Shown here: one piece after another, positions 51,206-64,000 of the stretch
Position numbering within the stretch: the first letter of the stretch is position 1
Layout of the letters: each line of letters begins with the position of its first letter
From: Podarcis bocagei
Taxonomy: Eukaryota
DNA length: 64,000 nucleotides
Assembly: GCA_964188305.1 (NCBI GenBank)
Contig: OZ076886.1
Strand: one strand, 5' to 3'
Position numbers and translations under genes: made by a program
Notes under the pieces: generated by a model
The model's input: the letters and a program-made list of their open reading frames with translations, nothing else
Told to the model about the DNA's origin: nothing
Databases searched by the model: none

Positions 51206-52379
51206 TTTGTAAACCAAGAAACTCTTTAATTAAAAAAACCATTTTTTAAAAAAGTGTACAGTAGTTAGGAAGGTGAGGGTGGGCAGGTCTGCATTCTAAA
51301 ATAAACTCACCCAGTTCACAGATCCTGATTAAATGGATTGGAATGTGGTCTGCTTTGGAATCTGGCTTGAGAGTTGTCTTTTAGACTCTTCCACCTTGCC
51401 TCGGTTTTTTCAGGTTGTAGGCCACTTGGAACAGCTGGAAAGGTGTTCTATGGGAGCAGACATCTTTCCCCCGCCTCATACAGTTTACCTGGAAGGGATG
51501 ACATGTCATCACAGGTATTTGAGGCCACATTTTTACCCATATATGACAGTTTCTGCACTTTCCAGCTAAAATGGCAAGGAGCGGGGGAAAGAGGCAGCCT
51601 CAGGCTAAAATGTTATTATATTCTTTCAAAGAATTTTGTGTGGTTTTTTTTTTATTTTGTTTTTAGAGCTGCATGTGCAAGTGGTATATCAGTAGTGTGC
51701 GAAATTGTCATGGGGAGAATTTAGACCTGTCCTCATCTAAATTCAAAGATCATTATTACAGGTATTTACCTGGTTACCTGATCTTTAGATTAACTGGAAT
51801 TATGCAGGGTCACCCTCGCCCTGTTTCTCCCTCTGACACACACGCTGCTTTTTATTTTATTTGGGTGAGGTTGTTGAGTATTCTGTTGATGGATTTAATT
51901 GGACTGATGAATCTATAGTGTTGATATTTTAATGAGAGGGATTGTTGTGTGTGTGCCTGTGTGCACTTTCTTGTAAGCTGTCCTGAATGCCCTTTCAGGG
52001 TTGAAAGGCAAAAGCAAACAGCACCGGCAGGTCTGGCCCTACCATAAGGCAGAATGATGGATTTGCCTCAGGTGGCAGATGTCAGGGGAAACAGCAGAAG
52101 CCTCCTGCCTACAACTGTTGCTGCTGAGCTTACCTGTATGTGCCGCACAGCTTCTCATGCACCTCCTAAACTAGCCTGCTGACCCCAGTCTGCTACTGTA
52201 TGTGGAATAGTGGAAGGGGGTTCTTGTTCTTTGGTTCAAGCAGCAACATGTGTTGAGACAGTCCTGAGCACTAATGTCACATGCTGCATGCGCCCCTTTC
52301 CAGTCAGAGGGTATGCGATGGCACTTTTCACCAGGCACTTTTCACTTCTATATGGTTAACAGTGTTGGAAACTCAGATA

Positions 52380-52604
52380 CAGTGGTACCTCGGGTTAAGT
52401 ACTTAATTCATTCCGGAGGTCTGTTCTTAACCTGAAGCACCACTTTAGCTAATGGGGCCTCCCGCTGCCACCGCACCGCCGGAGCACAATTTCTGTTCTC
52501 ATCCTGAAGCAAAGTTCTTAACCCGAGGTACTATTTCTGGGTTAGCGGAGTCTGTAACCTGAAGCGTATGTAACCTGAAGCGTATGTAACCCGAGGTACC
52601 ACTG
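52380..52604. mobile_element. Tc1/mariner MITE (family of 6233-6474, opposite orientation)
   Basis: TIR CAGTGGTACCTCGGGTTA with TA TSD. Confidence 0.88.
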
Positions 52605-52994
52605 TATATCATCTAGGTGCCACATGGCTCCTTAAACCAAGGTTGCAGTTGCCAAAGCAGAATCCTTAGTTGCCATTTTGGCGTAAGACGGCTCTCAAGT
52701 ATTATTTTTCAAAGGATGGACTGACTGTGATGGATTCTCAGTTAAGTGTCTGGCTTGTTCAGACGACAACCTTGAGCTAGGTTAGGAACTTTGAGAACTT
52801 AAAGAAGAAAAGTCACTTGATCTAGGGACAGTCCACATATATATATTCTATCAGTTATATACATATATATATTCTATCAGTTATATTTTATCTGCACAAT
52901 CGCACAATGAATTTCTGGAACCCAATTGCTTTTTCTGTGCAGCACGAGCAGCCACCATTCAGAAAAAGAGGTTGGAATAGGCCCATATATATAT

Positions 52995-53309
52995 AAACCA
53001 CAGAGCCTAGGACTTGCCGATCAGAAGGTCGGCAGTTCGAATCCCCGCGACAGGGTGAGCTCCCGTTGCTCAGTCCCAGCTCCTGCCAGCCTAGCAGTTC
53101 GAAAGCATTTCAAAGTGCAAGTAGATGGGAAGGTAAACGGTGTTTCCGTGCGCTGCTCTGGTTCGCCAGAAGCGACTTAGTCATGCTGGCCACATGACCC
53201 GGAAGCTGTATGCCGGCTCCCTCGGCCAATAAAGCGAGATGAGTGCCGCAACCCCAGAGTTGGCCACGACTGGACCTAATGGTCAGGGGTCCCTTTACCT
53301 TTACCTTTA
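52995..53309 (+). mobile_element. 5'-truncated Sauria SINE
   Basis: Sauria core and ACCTTT tail. Confidence 0.88.
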
Positions 53310-53330
53310 TGAATGATAGTGGCACATTCA

Positions 53331-53612
53331 CAGGGCCAGCCCAAGACCCTTTGGTGCCTGAGGCAAGAAGTGCCACCGATGCTTCCTCCCTTCCTCAGAT
53401 CGAGGACCACACCCCAGTGGAGTGGGTGTAGCATGTCACTTGAGGTGGGTTAACTCAGGTCACCCCTTGGTGTGCCAGCCATGCTAGTGCAGCAAGCTAG
53501 CTTAGGGCTGCAGGGCAGACCCCATGGCACACCTTTCTAGCCCTTTTTTGCCCCTCAGAATTTGCTGCCTGAGGCAGCTGCCATACTCTGCCCCATGGGA
53601 GGGCTGGCCCTG
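53331..53612. mobile_element. Old hAT element; relatives near 15.0 and 52.0 kb
   Basis: TIRs CAGGGCCAGCCC / GGGCTGGCCCTG. Confidence 0.65.
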
Positions 53613-54467
53613 CAAATCCGTGATCCCCATGAGACATTGTAGACGAGAGGGTCCTGTCCATTGATAGTGTTTCATTGATTTCAGCAAAGCCTGGCATTCT
53701 CAATATCATGTCCCAGGGTTGCTGCACTAAAGATGTATGCTGAAAACGGCTTTGTGTGCAGGAAGTCACAGGTTCAATATCTGGCATCCCCCAATCAGTG
53801 TAAACAGCACTGAGACAGATGGACCGATGGTCTGACTCACTATAAGGCAGCTTCCTATGATTCTTATAACTGTTCAAGTACAGTACAAAGGTATGCACCC
53901 AAACTGGAGTCATATATACAGTAACTAGAAGGTTAGATGCTCTGTTGGTTTGCTGCACAAGGCCAGGTACTATCTGGCACAGAGATTAGCACCTCTAGAA
54001 TCTTGGATATCCAAGTTGCAAGTCTTTGTCATTGTAACCCCTCAACGTATCCCCCCCAAAAAATCTGTCCCTTTTTTATCTGCCTTTCCGCTGTTGACAG
54101 TTCCTGTGATATTTGAAAACCTGAATGATGGAAACAGATTATATTATGAAGATCTGAGGAGATGTATGCAAATATCCTTAATCTGCATAATATATCACGA
54201 TCACACAGTACTGTGTAAAACCAAAATGCAACAGGACAAAAGACAGATGGAAGGGAAGTCCTGAGCAATGATGCAGTAGATGAACACTTACTATTTATTC
54301 CTAAGCGCTGTAACAGCCTCTGCTTTACTGGCCACAGCAAGGAATAAGGTAGCAGGAGTAGGAATTAAAGAACTGGATCAAGTTCTGAGAGAGGCCATGC
54401 TCCGACAATCTTTTGTTCAGGTGCACTCTTTCAGACTTCTTTTTAATTTGCCCAATGCTTTCCTGAC

Positions 54468-54508
<41 letters not shown>
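54468..54508. repeat. (AAT)n microsatellite
   Basis: Directly visible. Confidence 0.95.
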
Positions 54509-54510
<2 letters not shown>

Positions 54511-54657
54511 CCACCAATCATTTACTGTGACTGTTCTGTCATTTAAATGTATTATTTCTGGTGTTGTTGCATACTTATTTTTTGCTTTTTGTACATTGCT
54601 TAGATATTTTATAGCGTGAGCAGTTTATAAATCTTCTGAAATAAATAAATAACATAA

Positions 54658-54912
54658 AGAGCCAGTGTGGTGTAGTGGTTCAGAGCGGTGGACTCGTAAT
54701 CTGGTGAACCGGGTTCAATTCCCTGCTCCTCCACATGCAGCTGCTGGGTAACCTTGGGCTAGTCACACTTCTTTGAAGTCTCTCAGCCTCACTCACCTCG
54801 CAGAGTGTTTGTTGTGGGGGAGGAAGGGAAAGGAGAATGTTAGCCGCTTTGAGACTCCTTCGGGTAGTGATAAAGCGGGATATCAAATCCAAACTCTTCT
54901 TCTTCTTCTCTT
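54658..54912 (+). mobile_element. tRNA-derived SINE with (TCT)n tail (Squam2-like)
   Basis: Near-identical to 3374-3627. Confidence 0.82.
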
Positions 54913-55848
54913 GTGGCATAGTCAAGTGGGAAAAAGAGCGCAAAAATGCTGATCCATTGGCAGGAACATCATAATTCCACTTACAGATATGCAAAGCTTT
55001 GCATAAGCACCCACACAATTAGAAGTGCACACCTTGATGTTCCTTGCACTAGCTGGTTGCACAAGAAGAATCACCCTTTGGGCAGTGAAATTTTAAATGT
55101 CACACTCTACAAATCATAAATTGATTCGCTTGATGATCAATGCAAAATGAAACATTTGCAACAATCTGATTTTATCAGCCAATATTTCTTTGGCATTCCA
55201 GATATTATTTTCTCTGATAAGTGCTTTTATTGGAATCTGCAGGGGACAGGGAGAAATCTTAGGCCATGAAGCAAATGATGTTGGTACTGATATCAGCAGG
55301 CAGTTTCTCCATGTGTGTGAGGAATGTTTAAAAAAAATCCAGGGAGCAAGAATGAGAGGCTTCATCCTTGAGATCAAGGGGTAGGTGGTCACCAGTAAAA
55401 AGTTTTAGGATCACCACTGATGACCTGGCACCCATGCTGGTGGATGTGGGAGTTTGGGTGGCCATCTTTGCAGAAGGAAGCCCTCAGTTTGGAGGGCTGA
55501 TCAGGGGGCAGCCCTCTATCTTCTGTCTTTGAAAGGCTGCTTACGTAGTTTGAGTTCAGTTTTAAGATAAAGTGCAATAGGAAGGGAGAGCAGGGAGGGC
55601 CTTAAATTTGCCCATCAACAGCCCCTGAACAGACAGCAGATTGAAGAGCCACACAGGGTGCCTGGTTCAGCTTCCATGCTATAGAAAGATGCATTGAATT
55701 TCTATTTTATACTAATTTTATGCAAATACACATACATACACATTCTCTTTTTTGGGGTGATGTGTAAACAAGCACTAGTTAACTATCGAAGTTGTGCAAT
55801 GTGGTGGCCACTAGTTTAGACTGTTTGAAAAGAGAACAAAGACAAATT

Positions 55849-55927
55849 CATTGAATACAATGTGGCTACTACAACAGTAGGAGAGGAAAACATTGAATAC
55901 AATGTGGCTACTACAACAGTAGGAGAG
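55849..55927. repeat. Tandem duplication, 42-bp period
   Basis: CATTGAATACAATGTGGCTACTACAACAGTAGGAGAG at 55849 and 55891. Confidence 0.9.
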
Positions 55928-58900
55928 TCTTGCTGCTGGGCTTCCTGGAGGCAACTGGTTGATTACACTGCTGTTCATCTCAGTTCCTGCTTTCAGGCGT
56001 CCCATAGGCATACTGCCTTCGACCATGGAATTGGAATATAGCCACTGGGTCTGATAGCTTTATTGTCCATGAACTAGTCTAATCTTCTAAGGCTCCCATG
56101 AGTCATTGAAACATATGCTCTTAGCCCAGATGTGCTATCCTTATACTACCAGTGCTCCCCAGGGAATGGGGTTCAACATTCTTGTTTCCTTGCTGGATAG
56201 CATTGCGGGCAAATTTCCTTTCCCCATTTCTTCTTAAAGCCCATCTTAAGCCTTTTTGAATCCATTGTTTTCTCTCTGTGGGAACAGTGAACAACTTGCT
56301 TTCCTCCTTCTTTCTGACATCCTTTGAAATATTTATGTCTCGTCAGCATATGTCCTTCTTTCCGCCATTTTATTTTCGCAAGACTGAAACCTTAGATTCC
56401 CAGTTCCTTTAAGGCTGCTGTCACAGGGCTTGCCTTCCAGACCTTGCCTCTGAACTCCCTCTCTTCTAGCCTTCCTGAAGTGCCCAGATGTTTGCTTTTT
56501 AATTAGAGTCCCAGAGGTTTAGCCAAATTTTACAGTCTTCGTTCATGGTGCAGACACCTTCCTCTGGTCCCCCATTATCTGATTATTCAGTTTGTTTTAT
56601 TTCCTTTCCAGGTGAACAGTTTGGTTGCTGGGGTAGCGATCAGGAGGAGATATGCAACACCTTACCATTGACTCAGAGCAAGGACAGCTGCGAGATAAAT
56701 TAAAATGTGAGCAGCACATTTTCAAAATGTTCCCATTTCAAAGCTGCTGTTTGGGTAGCAGGACCAGGAAGGACACAGTTAGAAAAAGTTGCTAACCCAG
56801 GCATACACCATTGATATGGGCCACTTCCTTATTTGGCTAGCATTGGTCATCACCACCCAAATGGCTACATTTTACTTGGAATTAAGAAATGCTGTTCAAA
56901 CGTCATTGAGACTGGACCCCTGGGGTAACGGCTCTTTATTTTAACATAGTAATGCAGGGGTTTCCAAACTGTGCTCCATGAACTTTCAGGGGCCTGCAAG
57001 CTTCTTTCACACTATGTCAGTAAAAACTGAATTAAAGATCACACAGCATTTAGCGCAGCACATTACAATTGCTACACCAGGCAGAGAAATCTTTTAGTGA
57101 TCTGTTAAGACCCTCAGCCATTTTCAAGTGGTCCGTGGTGTTGTGGAGTTTGGGAATTCCTGAAGTTAGTGGGTTTATTTTCCTTGTGTCAAACCCCTTT
57201 GTTTTCCTTATGTCCAATGGATTGTTCAATCTGTTCACTCCAAGGAAAACTTGTAAGCATGTGTGCGGCCATAACGGATACTCACTGTGGGTTGAGCAAC
57301 TTCCACTCATGATGAATGAAAGGACAAGTCCCCACAATCGCACAAAGGACACTGTCATGTCAGAGCGATTCCCCCTTGCTTCACAGCAACCAAGAGGCAT
57401 TGTGGTTCAAGTATTTGTAGCTCCTCCTAGCGTGGGTTCCACACTTAGGTAGCATGAGGGGTTTCCCCCTCCCCATCAAAGGCTGTAGCAAGAATCTCTG
57501 TGTGTTCTTGAGATGGATCTTTGACCCATGGTTAAGGAATATTCCAGCTCTCCATTGAGGAAATGATGTGGGTGTGCCCAAGGAGTTCCTTTGGACCCTC
57601 GTGAGTCTTCTCCAGTATTTACTTTATGCCTTTACTTGGGGTTTTCTTGAGTAAATCCCAAGAATTCCATCATCGCTTTCCATTTCATTTGTGCCCGTCA
57701 AAATAACTGTGGAGTAACCGTTTTGAAGACTCCTGCAGCTATAAGGCTCATAAAGTGGCCCTATGCAGTGCCATAATATCACACAAGATTTATTTTATGT
57801 GTTTATTAAATTTGTATACCATCCTTCATCCATAGATCTCAGGGGCAGTTCACAACATAAAAATACAAGATAAAAACTTTGGTCAATGACTGAGGTTGGG
57901 GTTTTTTGCAGGGAACGGGTGTTTAGATTACAGCAAGGGCAAAGGCCTCTTTAAACCTCTCCTTCCCCAGTGTCAAAAGCAATCCACTGTCTGGGAGTAA
58001 ATAGGGACAGCAGATTTTGAGGGTGGGAGTCAGTCTCTATAAAACTTGATGGCTAGGCTACAATTGGTTTATTGGTTTGTAGTTGTTCTTAATTTTATTA
58101 TTTACTTTGTGGTTTTTATATTGTGATTTTATGTTGTGAACTGCCCTGAAATCTATGGATGAAGGGTGATGTTGTTGTTGTTGTCATAAATTTCTCATAA
58201 GGACCTGCACTTTTTAAAATGGCTTGTCCCATTCATTTCCTTGCACTGTGTATCTGTGTAGTGTTGGAAATTGATTATAGGATTAAACCTCCCTATCTCC
58301 TGGGAGACATTGAGAATCTCAGGTGGCGGAATGGTCCTGCAGGGCATAGTTGACCTGATTAGAGTTCTGCTAGTGTGGCCTTGGGCAAAATCGCTCTTCC
58401 TTTCTCTATGATTGCTTGCTCTGTTGGCTTTATAAGGTTGGAGGTGAGGTTTATCGGTGATGCTATAATTGCAGATGAAATGTGCTTCAACTGACTGGTA
58501 TTGCATGCTTGCTCTGGATAAACTGCAGAAGTAAATATTTCACTGTCTCATGCTTAGCACTATCAGCCAATTAAAGAAGTTTTGGTTGATTAATCATATG
58601 ATGTTTAACTGATTAATCTATTAATAAGGCAAATTTAAACACATGGGCATATTACCAAAACCTCATTATAGATGCCTTTTTTAATATGCCAAAGGAGCTA
58701 ATGGAAAAGAAGAAGAAAGCTGCCATTCTTTGTTAGACGGCACTGGTCATCTTTCCTTTTTTTTTTTTGTTATCTGTTACAGTAACAAACCAGAGCTAAA
58801 ATATCCTTAAAGCAAACAGGTAATGCCTTCGCAGCCTTATCAAATAAAATTACTCCCTCTGATGAATCAAGAAAAACTTTAGCCAGCTGATCTGCCAGTT

Positions 58901-61352
58901 AAAGGCTGCAGCCTTCCTCGTTTTGCAGTTGTGTGTCCTCAGACAGTCCAACATGCAGTACCTCTTCACACAACCATTTGATTATGGGGGTGTTGTATTG
59001 CTTCCACCCTTCCTCAGTGTGGCATCTCCTCACAACAGCCCTAAGAGGTAGGTAAGGCTAGAAGATGGTGACTTGCCCAAGGTCATCCAGTGAGCTTCAT
59101 GGCTGAGTGGGGATTTGAGTCGGGGTTATCCCAGCAGTCTGCTCGCTACACTACAGTAATAAACTCCTGTTAAGGTGGTGTTAATCTTAGGTGTCTTCAG
59201 TGGCGCCGGAGCTGAGAGGGGTAAGGAAGGCAAACTAGACTTCTTAATGATGGTGATGACTGACTCCATGCGGCTATAGCTGCATCGTAATGATTTGGCC
59301 CCGTAGGGGATCGTTGGCTTCAAGGAGTATGTTGAGTCATCATTCCTTATTCAAGGGGTCCTTGCTAGCCAGTTGTTTTCTGCTGTAAGAATTGTACGTG
59401 AAAAAGCATTTTGTGTTTGTATGTGCCTTTCTCTTGTTTGCTGAATATATCTGTATCGTCTCTGTTTGTTTCTACAAGTTAGTCCCTCTGTGTCTGGTGC
59501 ACGAAGCAACGGGATTATTTCTGCACCTTAAAAAACCCTCTGCCCATCCAGCAGTTAGACGGCTCCCTTAAGTGCCAAAGCTCGTGTGCTCTGTTGTATT
59601 TCAGTCTGCAGTGCTGCAGTGCCGTTGCATCAGTGCACAGCTTCTAGAATTCCACTCCCCTTCCTTCAGAGCGAAAAGCTCTGAATCGTCAGTCCTGAAT
59701 CACGGTTTCATTCTCCTTCCTGTTTCTCCGGCAAAGGTGTCAAACTACAGAGAAAGGGGGGGACGGGACTCTGCTTGTGCATCTCTGTGTGTGTGTGTTC
59801 TACATAGGAGCACCAGATGCAGACAAACTCTGTTTTTCTGACTCACACTTATTATTTGGTCTGACAGCACGTCATACCTGGTGGCGGCCTCTTTGCTGGG
59901 GACACTGTGCAGTCCCTGCAGAATGCAAACTTATTTCTCTAGAGTCATCCTTCAAACAAATATGTCTTTGTTTGCTTTTCATGATGCCTGCCAAAAAGAA
60001 GAAATTTTCTTAGTAGCATCTCTGTTTTTAAAATCTTACGTATTTTCTAACTGGCAATGGAATTTGGTCGGCTTTTGGAGGGGGGGGGAGGAGAAGGTTT
60101 GCATTAAATTCAGTTTGATTTTAAAAAACACCTACCGGTAGTTTTGGCTTCATATGCATAGGTCCCTATTGAGATCAGACATAGGGTTGCCAACTGATCA
60201 GTAAAAAGCCTGAACTGCTCTTGTCCTTGGAGCAGAAACCTTATCTGCAGAAATCAGCAGCAGATGAAGTTTTTTGCTGCATGAAGATAAGAATTATCAT
60301 CTTCTGCTCATGTCTGCAAGATCAGCCTGCTGTTAACCCCAACCTGTGCAGTTAAGGCATAGAAACAAGCATTCTTTTTAATGGCAACCCTAGAAAAGGT
60401 ATTCAGCTAGCCACTTCTCCCCCCCCCCCAGTAAATACTTGCATGTAATACATAATACAGGATGTTTCAACAATGCAGGAGGTTGTTGCATTCAGGTTTT
60501 GCCTGGTACTGTATGGATGCCGAATAGTGAGAATTATTTGCCATCTATCCATCTTTTTTGGCATGGCCCTTCTTTCCCTGATTTCCAAGGCTTGTAAACT
60601 CAGGATCCCTCTTGCACCCAAAGCAAGATGCAGGTCCCTAGACTAGAGCTGGGGAACCTGTGGCCTCTAGATATTGTTGGACATTCTTGGCCATTGGCCA
60701 TGCTGGCTGCAGCTGGTGGGAGCTGGAGTCTTTAATGATGTTTGGAGGACCATAGTTTCCCCATGCCTGCCCTAGCCAACAAACTAAACCCATAAAATCT
60801 TTTAAAGGTTAAAAATCAAAGCATTACTGGTCCAAATTTTACCTGGGACACATGGTTTCTTTTACCTGTATACTCTGATCTTAACACCAATACTTGTGGC
60901 TTCCAATGGCATGAGTAATATGAAGAGATTGTGTGGCTTTTTGTGGCCTTGTGTGAACAGTATTGTACTGCTCAAGGGAGAAGTGAAAAAGAAGGTGCTG
61001 AGTTAGGATAATCTGCTAGTTTAAAATGCTAGCTGAATCTGTGGATGGCAGAGATTGATTTCTTGCTTAGCGGCCTATAGGATTTCAGGCAGGCAGCTTG
61101 ACGGAAAGGGAAGAGGAGAAATATACTAGAGCAAATCAGCCAACATTTGAAGATATTTCATATAGATATGGGTTCCTCCTCAGTCCCCATCTCCATCAAA
61201 CTCACCAATCCCTGAAATGTATTTTAACACTGGCATTCAGAAAAGCTCCATCACATGCAGATGTTAGCATGTGGTGCATGTGCATTTGTGTCAGGGCCAA
61301 AAATTGTATCCTCCTGCCATTACTTCAACATAAAAGTAATAAGAATAATGTT

Positions 61353-61964
61353 TCATAGAATCATAGAATCATAGAGTTGGAATAGACCAGAAGGGCCATC
61401 GAGTCCAACCCCCTGCCAAGCAGGAAACACCATCAGAGCACTCCTGACATATGGTTGTCAAGCCTCTGCTTAAAGACCTCCAAAGTAGGAGACTCCACCA
61501 CACTCCTTGGCAGCAAATTCCACTGTCAAACAGCTCTTACTGTCAGGAAGTTCTTCCTAATGTTTAGGTGGAATCTTCTTTCTTGTAGTTTGGATCCATT
61601 GCTCCGTGTCCGCTTCTCTGGAGCAGCAGAAAACAACCTTTCTCCCTCCTCTATGTGACATCCTTTTATATATTTGAACATGGCTATCATATCACCCCTT
61701 AACCTCCTCTTCTCCAGGCTAAACATGCCCAGCTCCCTTAGCCGTTCCTCATAAGGCATCGTTTCCAGGCCTTTGACCATTTTGGTTGCCCTCCTCTGGA
61801 CACGTTCCAGTTTGTCAGTGTCCTTCTTGAACTGTGGTGCCCAGAACTGGACACAGTACTCCAGGTGAGGTCTGTCCAGAGCAGAATACAGTGGCACTAT
61901 TACTTCCCTTGATCTAGATGCTATACTCATATTGATGCAGCCCAGAATTGCATTGGCTTTTTTA
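61353..61964 (-). mobile_element. CR1 LINE 3' fragment
   Basis: [10 protein letters not shown]...[20 protein letters not shown]...[12 protein letters not shown]...[10 protein letters not shown], with an (ATTCTATG)n tail. Confidence 0.95.
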
Positions 61965-63708
61965 AACCATTGATTGACATACATTTGTGCCAAAATTATA
62001 GTGTTGGGGTTTTATTGTTCTAATGTTGTATTGACCATGTTCAAACATCATGGTAAGCCATAAACCATGGTTTACCGTGTATGAGTTGATCCCACCCTGA
62101 TTTTTGCTGCCTGCTAGCACTGGAAGGAATCAAACCAAGGTCTTTGACTTAGAGTTATTTTTGAAAGAGGGATTGTGGTTTGTTTCATTTTCAGCAAACC
62201 ATGATCTGAAGCCAAGGCTTGTTTTGGCTTACTGATTGTGCTTTGTTGGAGTGAAGCAAACCATGGTCATTGGTTTGAACATAACACTAAGCCAGTGATC
62301 ATGGTTTGTTTCCTCTGTGTACTAGCAGGGAGAAGCGAAACAACCCATGTAGGGGCATTCATAGTGAATCATTAACTGTGGTTTACAGTGATGGGCCACT
62401 GGTTTTGTGTGCTGAACTGTTGCATGCCAAGCTGAAGATGCCTACCTTAATATACTTTTAAAAGAGATGGGTTCATGTGTGAAGCTTTGGTTAAATCTGA
62501 CACAGTGGTGCTCAGTCTTTCTACTTTTAGGGAAGGGTTTCCAAATTGACTTATCTGCCAAGGATCACACAGGCATTTGCCATGGAACTCCTGTGCATTG
62601 TGGTGAATTCTGGGGCATGCTTGATTCATGTTGGACTCTGGTTAAGCTTGTTGGACCCATACAACTGGGACTACAACACAGAACATTGCTAATCCTACCC
62701 TGTAGCTAGACACTGTCCTGGAAGATCAGGGTAACTTGTCCATCATTAGGCATCTTCTTATTAAGGAATCTGCTCTTGCAAACTTTGCCATGTTTCTCTT
62801 CAGGCATTAGCGGTTCTTAGAGAAACACCAGTGAACTTTTGGCATCACAAAATGAAGCTGCTCAGAAGGAAAACAGTAATAGGTGGACCATAGGATTTAA
62901 AAGTTCTGGAGTGGTTGGCCAGTCTTAATATTAAAAAGCTGTCTCCAGAAGAGGTAGAGTTGTCAGGGTAGTACTAAGTATCATAAAATACAGTAAGTAG
63001 TAGAGAGTTCATCCATGTTATCTGCCATTTTACATGAGTTCTATAATGGACCAGTGAACTTGACAACCTTAAGTAGTTTAAGACAGGGATGGGGAACCTG
63101 TGGCCCTCAAGATGCTCTTAAACTACAGCTCTTATAATCTCTGAGCATTAACCATGATGGCTGGGGCTGATGGGAGTTGGAATCCCAGGACCGCACTAGG
63201 CCCCGCGCCGGTCCAAGCGGTTGCCTGGCCTTGTGTGACCTTCCTGGGGCCGCTCAGCCTCCCCTCGTGAGCAGGAGGCCAAAGACAGCAATGATAAGAG
63301 AGGGGAGGGAGGGGGAACAGCTGGGCGAGGAAGGGGTTAGCAGCACGGAGTGGGAGGGAGGGAGGTGCAGGATGGTGGCGGAGGTGCCCCAGTGGTGATG
63401 GTGGGGTGTCTGGGTTTTTGATCCCTGGAATATGGCACCCCTCAACAACATCCAGTGGGTACCATGTCGACTAGCTCTGGTTTAAGTGAGATACTTGGGG
63501 AATGTGTTGAGCTCATTGTCTCAGGCAGCTTTGTTTAATGCTCCCCTTGAGAGGGTGAATGGTAAAACCAATGCAACAATTGGTGGTATCTCAATGGAGA
63601 TGTGGCTCAACAAGCCTCATTCATTCTTCCCTCCAAAAATACTCAATTCACCCACCAGTATGTTGAGGATTTGACTTGTGACCGTCTGTCCTATTCTCTC
63701 CTCTACAG

Positions 63709-63762
63709 AGCTGACCTATCCCGGGCGCATCATAACTAAATAAGTTTCTGCAGGATGAAAAA
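63709..63762 (+). other. SCN8A: 5'UTR part (54 nt) of the SCN8A first coding exon
   Basis: Acceptor CTATTCTCTCCTCTACAG| (AG at 63707-63708) and the SCN-family TGCAGGATGAAAAAATG start context. Confidence 0.8.
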
Positions 63763-64000
63763 ATGGCAGGGCGGCTGCTTGCACCACCAGGCCCTGATAG
63801 TTTTCGACCTTTCACTCCGGAATCTCTGGCTAACATCGAGAAGCGCATCGCAGAAGATAAGAAGAAGAAGCGCCCCAAGCAAGACAGCAGTCACAGAGAT
63901 GACGACGAAGAGAGCAGACCAAGACCAAACAGTGACCTGGAGGCAGGGAAGAATTTGCCTTTCATCTATGGGGATATCCCAAAAGGCCTGGTTGCTGTGC
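63763..64000 (+). CDS. SCN8A: Voltage-gated sodium channel Nav1.6 alpha subunit, N-terminus (runs off the window; not in the ORF track)
   Basis: Translates [97 protein letters not shown] and GLVAV are characteristic of Nav1.6 among Nav paralogs. Confidence 0.95.
   Translation, partial: MAGRLLAPPGPDSFRPFTPESLANIEKRIAEDKKKKRPKQDSSHRDDDEESRPRPNSDLEAGKNLPFIYGDIPKGLVAV

Noticed and set aside
56670-56692. RE1-like TCAGAGCAAGGACAGCTGC
   Set aside because: Spacing is one base short and the left half is poor.

Overview
Repeat-rich squamate genomic DNA, most likely a lacertid lizard, judged from its Sauria SINEs, Squam-type SINEs, BovB, CR1, L2 and L1-clade LINEs. The only host protein-coding sequence I can support is the first coding exon of the voltage-gated sodium channel SCN8A (Nav1.6), which starts at 63763 and runs off the window end. 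Its promoter is a CpG island at about 32.7-35.9 kb with at least two candidate non-coding first exons (donors after 33006 and 33413), followed by an intron of about 30 kb. The rest is intergenic or intronic and packed with transposons, many with readable target-site duplications (TSDs): nine Sauria SINEs, five L1 3' fragments (one with a long intact ORF2 remnant), solo LTRs, and hAT and Tc1/mariner MITEs. The most interesting signal is the SCN8A leader: a strong-Kozak 24-codon uORF in the YY1-bearing first exon, plus an out-of-frame ATG at -8 that stays open for at least 82 codons over the CDS. Also notable are a flipped-half-site RE1/REST element, a telomere-type G-quadruplex in the promoter, a hAT MITE family with telomeric minisatellites and GC-rich cargo, and an inverted duplication with an internal micro-inversion. 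No prokaryotic-type system (CRISPR, operon) is present. Nearly all ORFs in the supplied track are spurious or transposon-derived.
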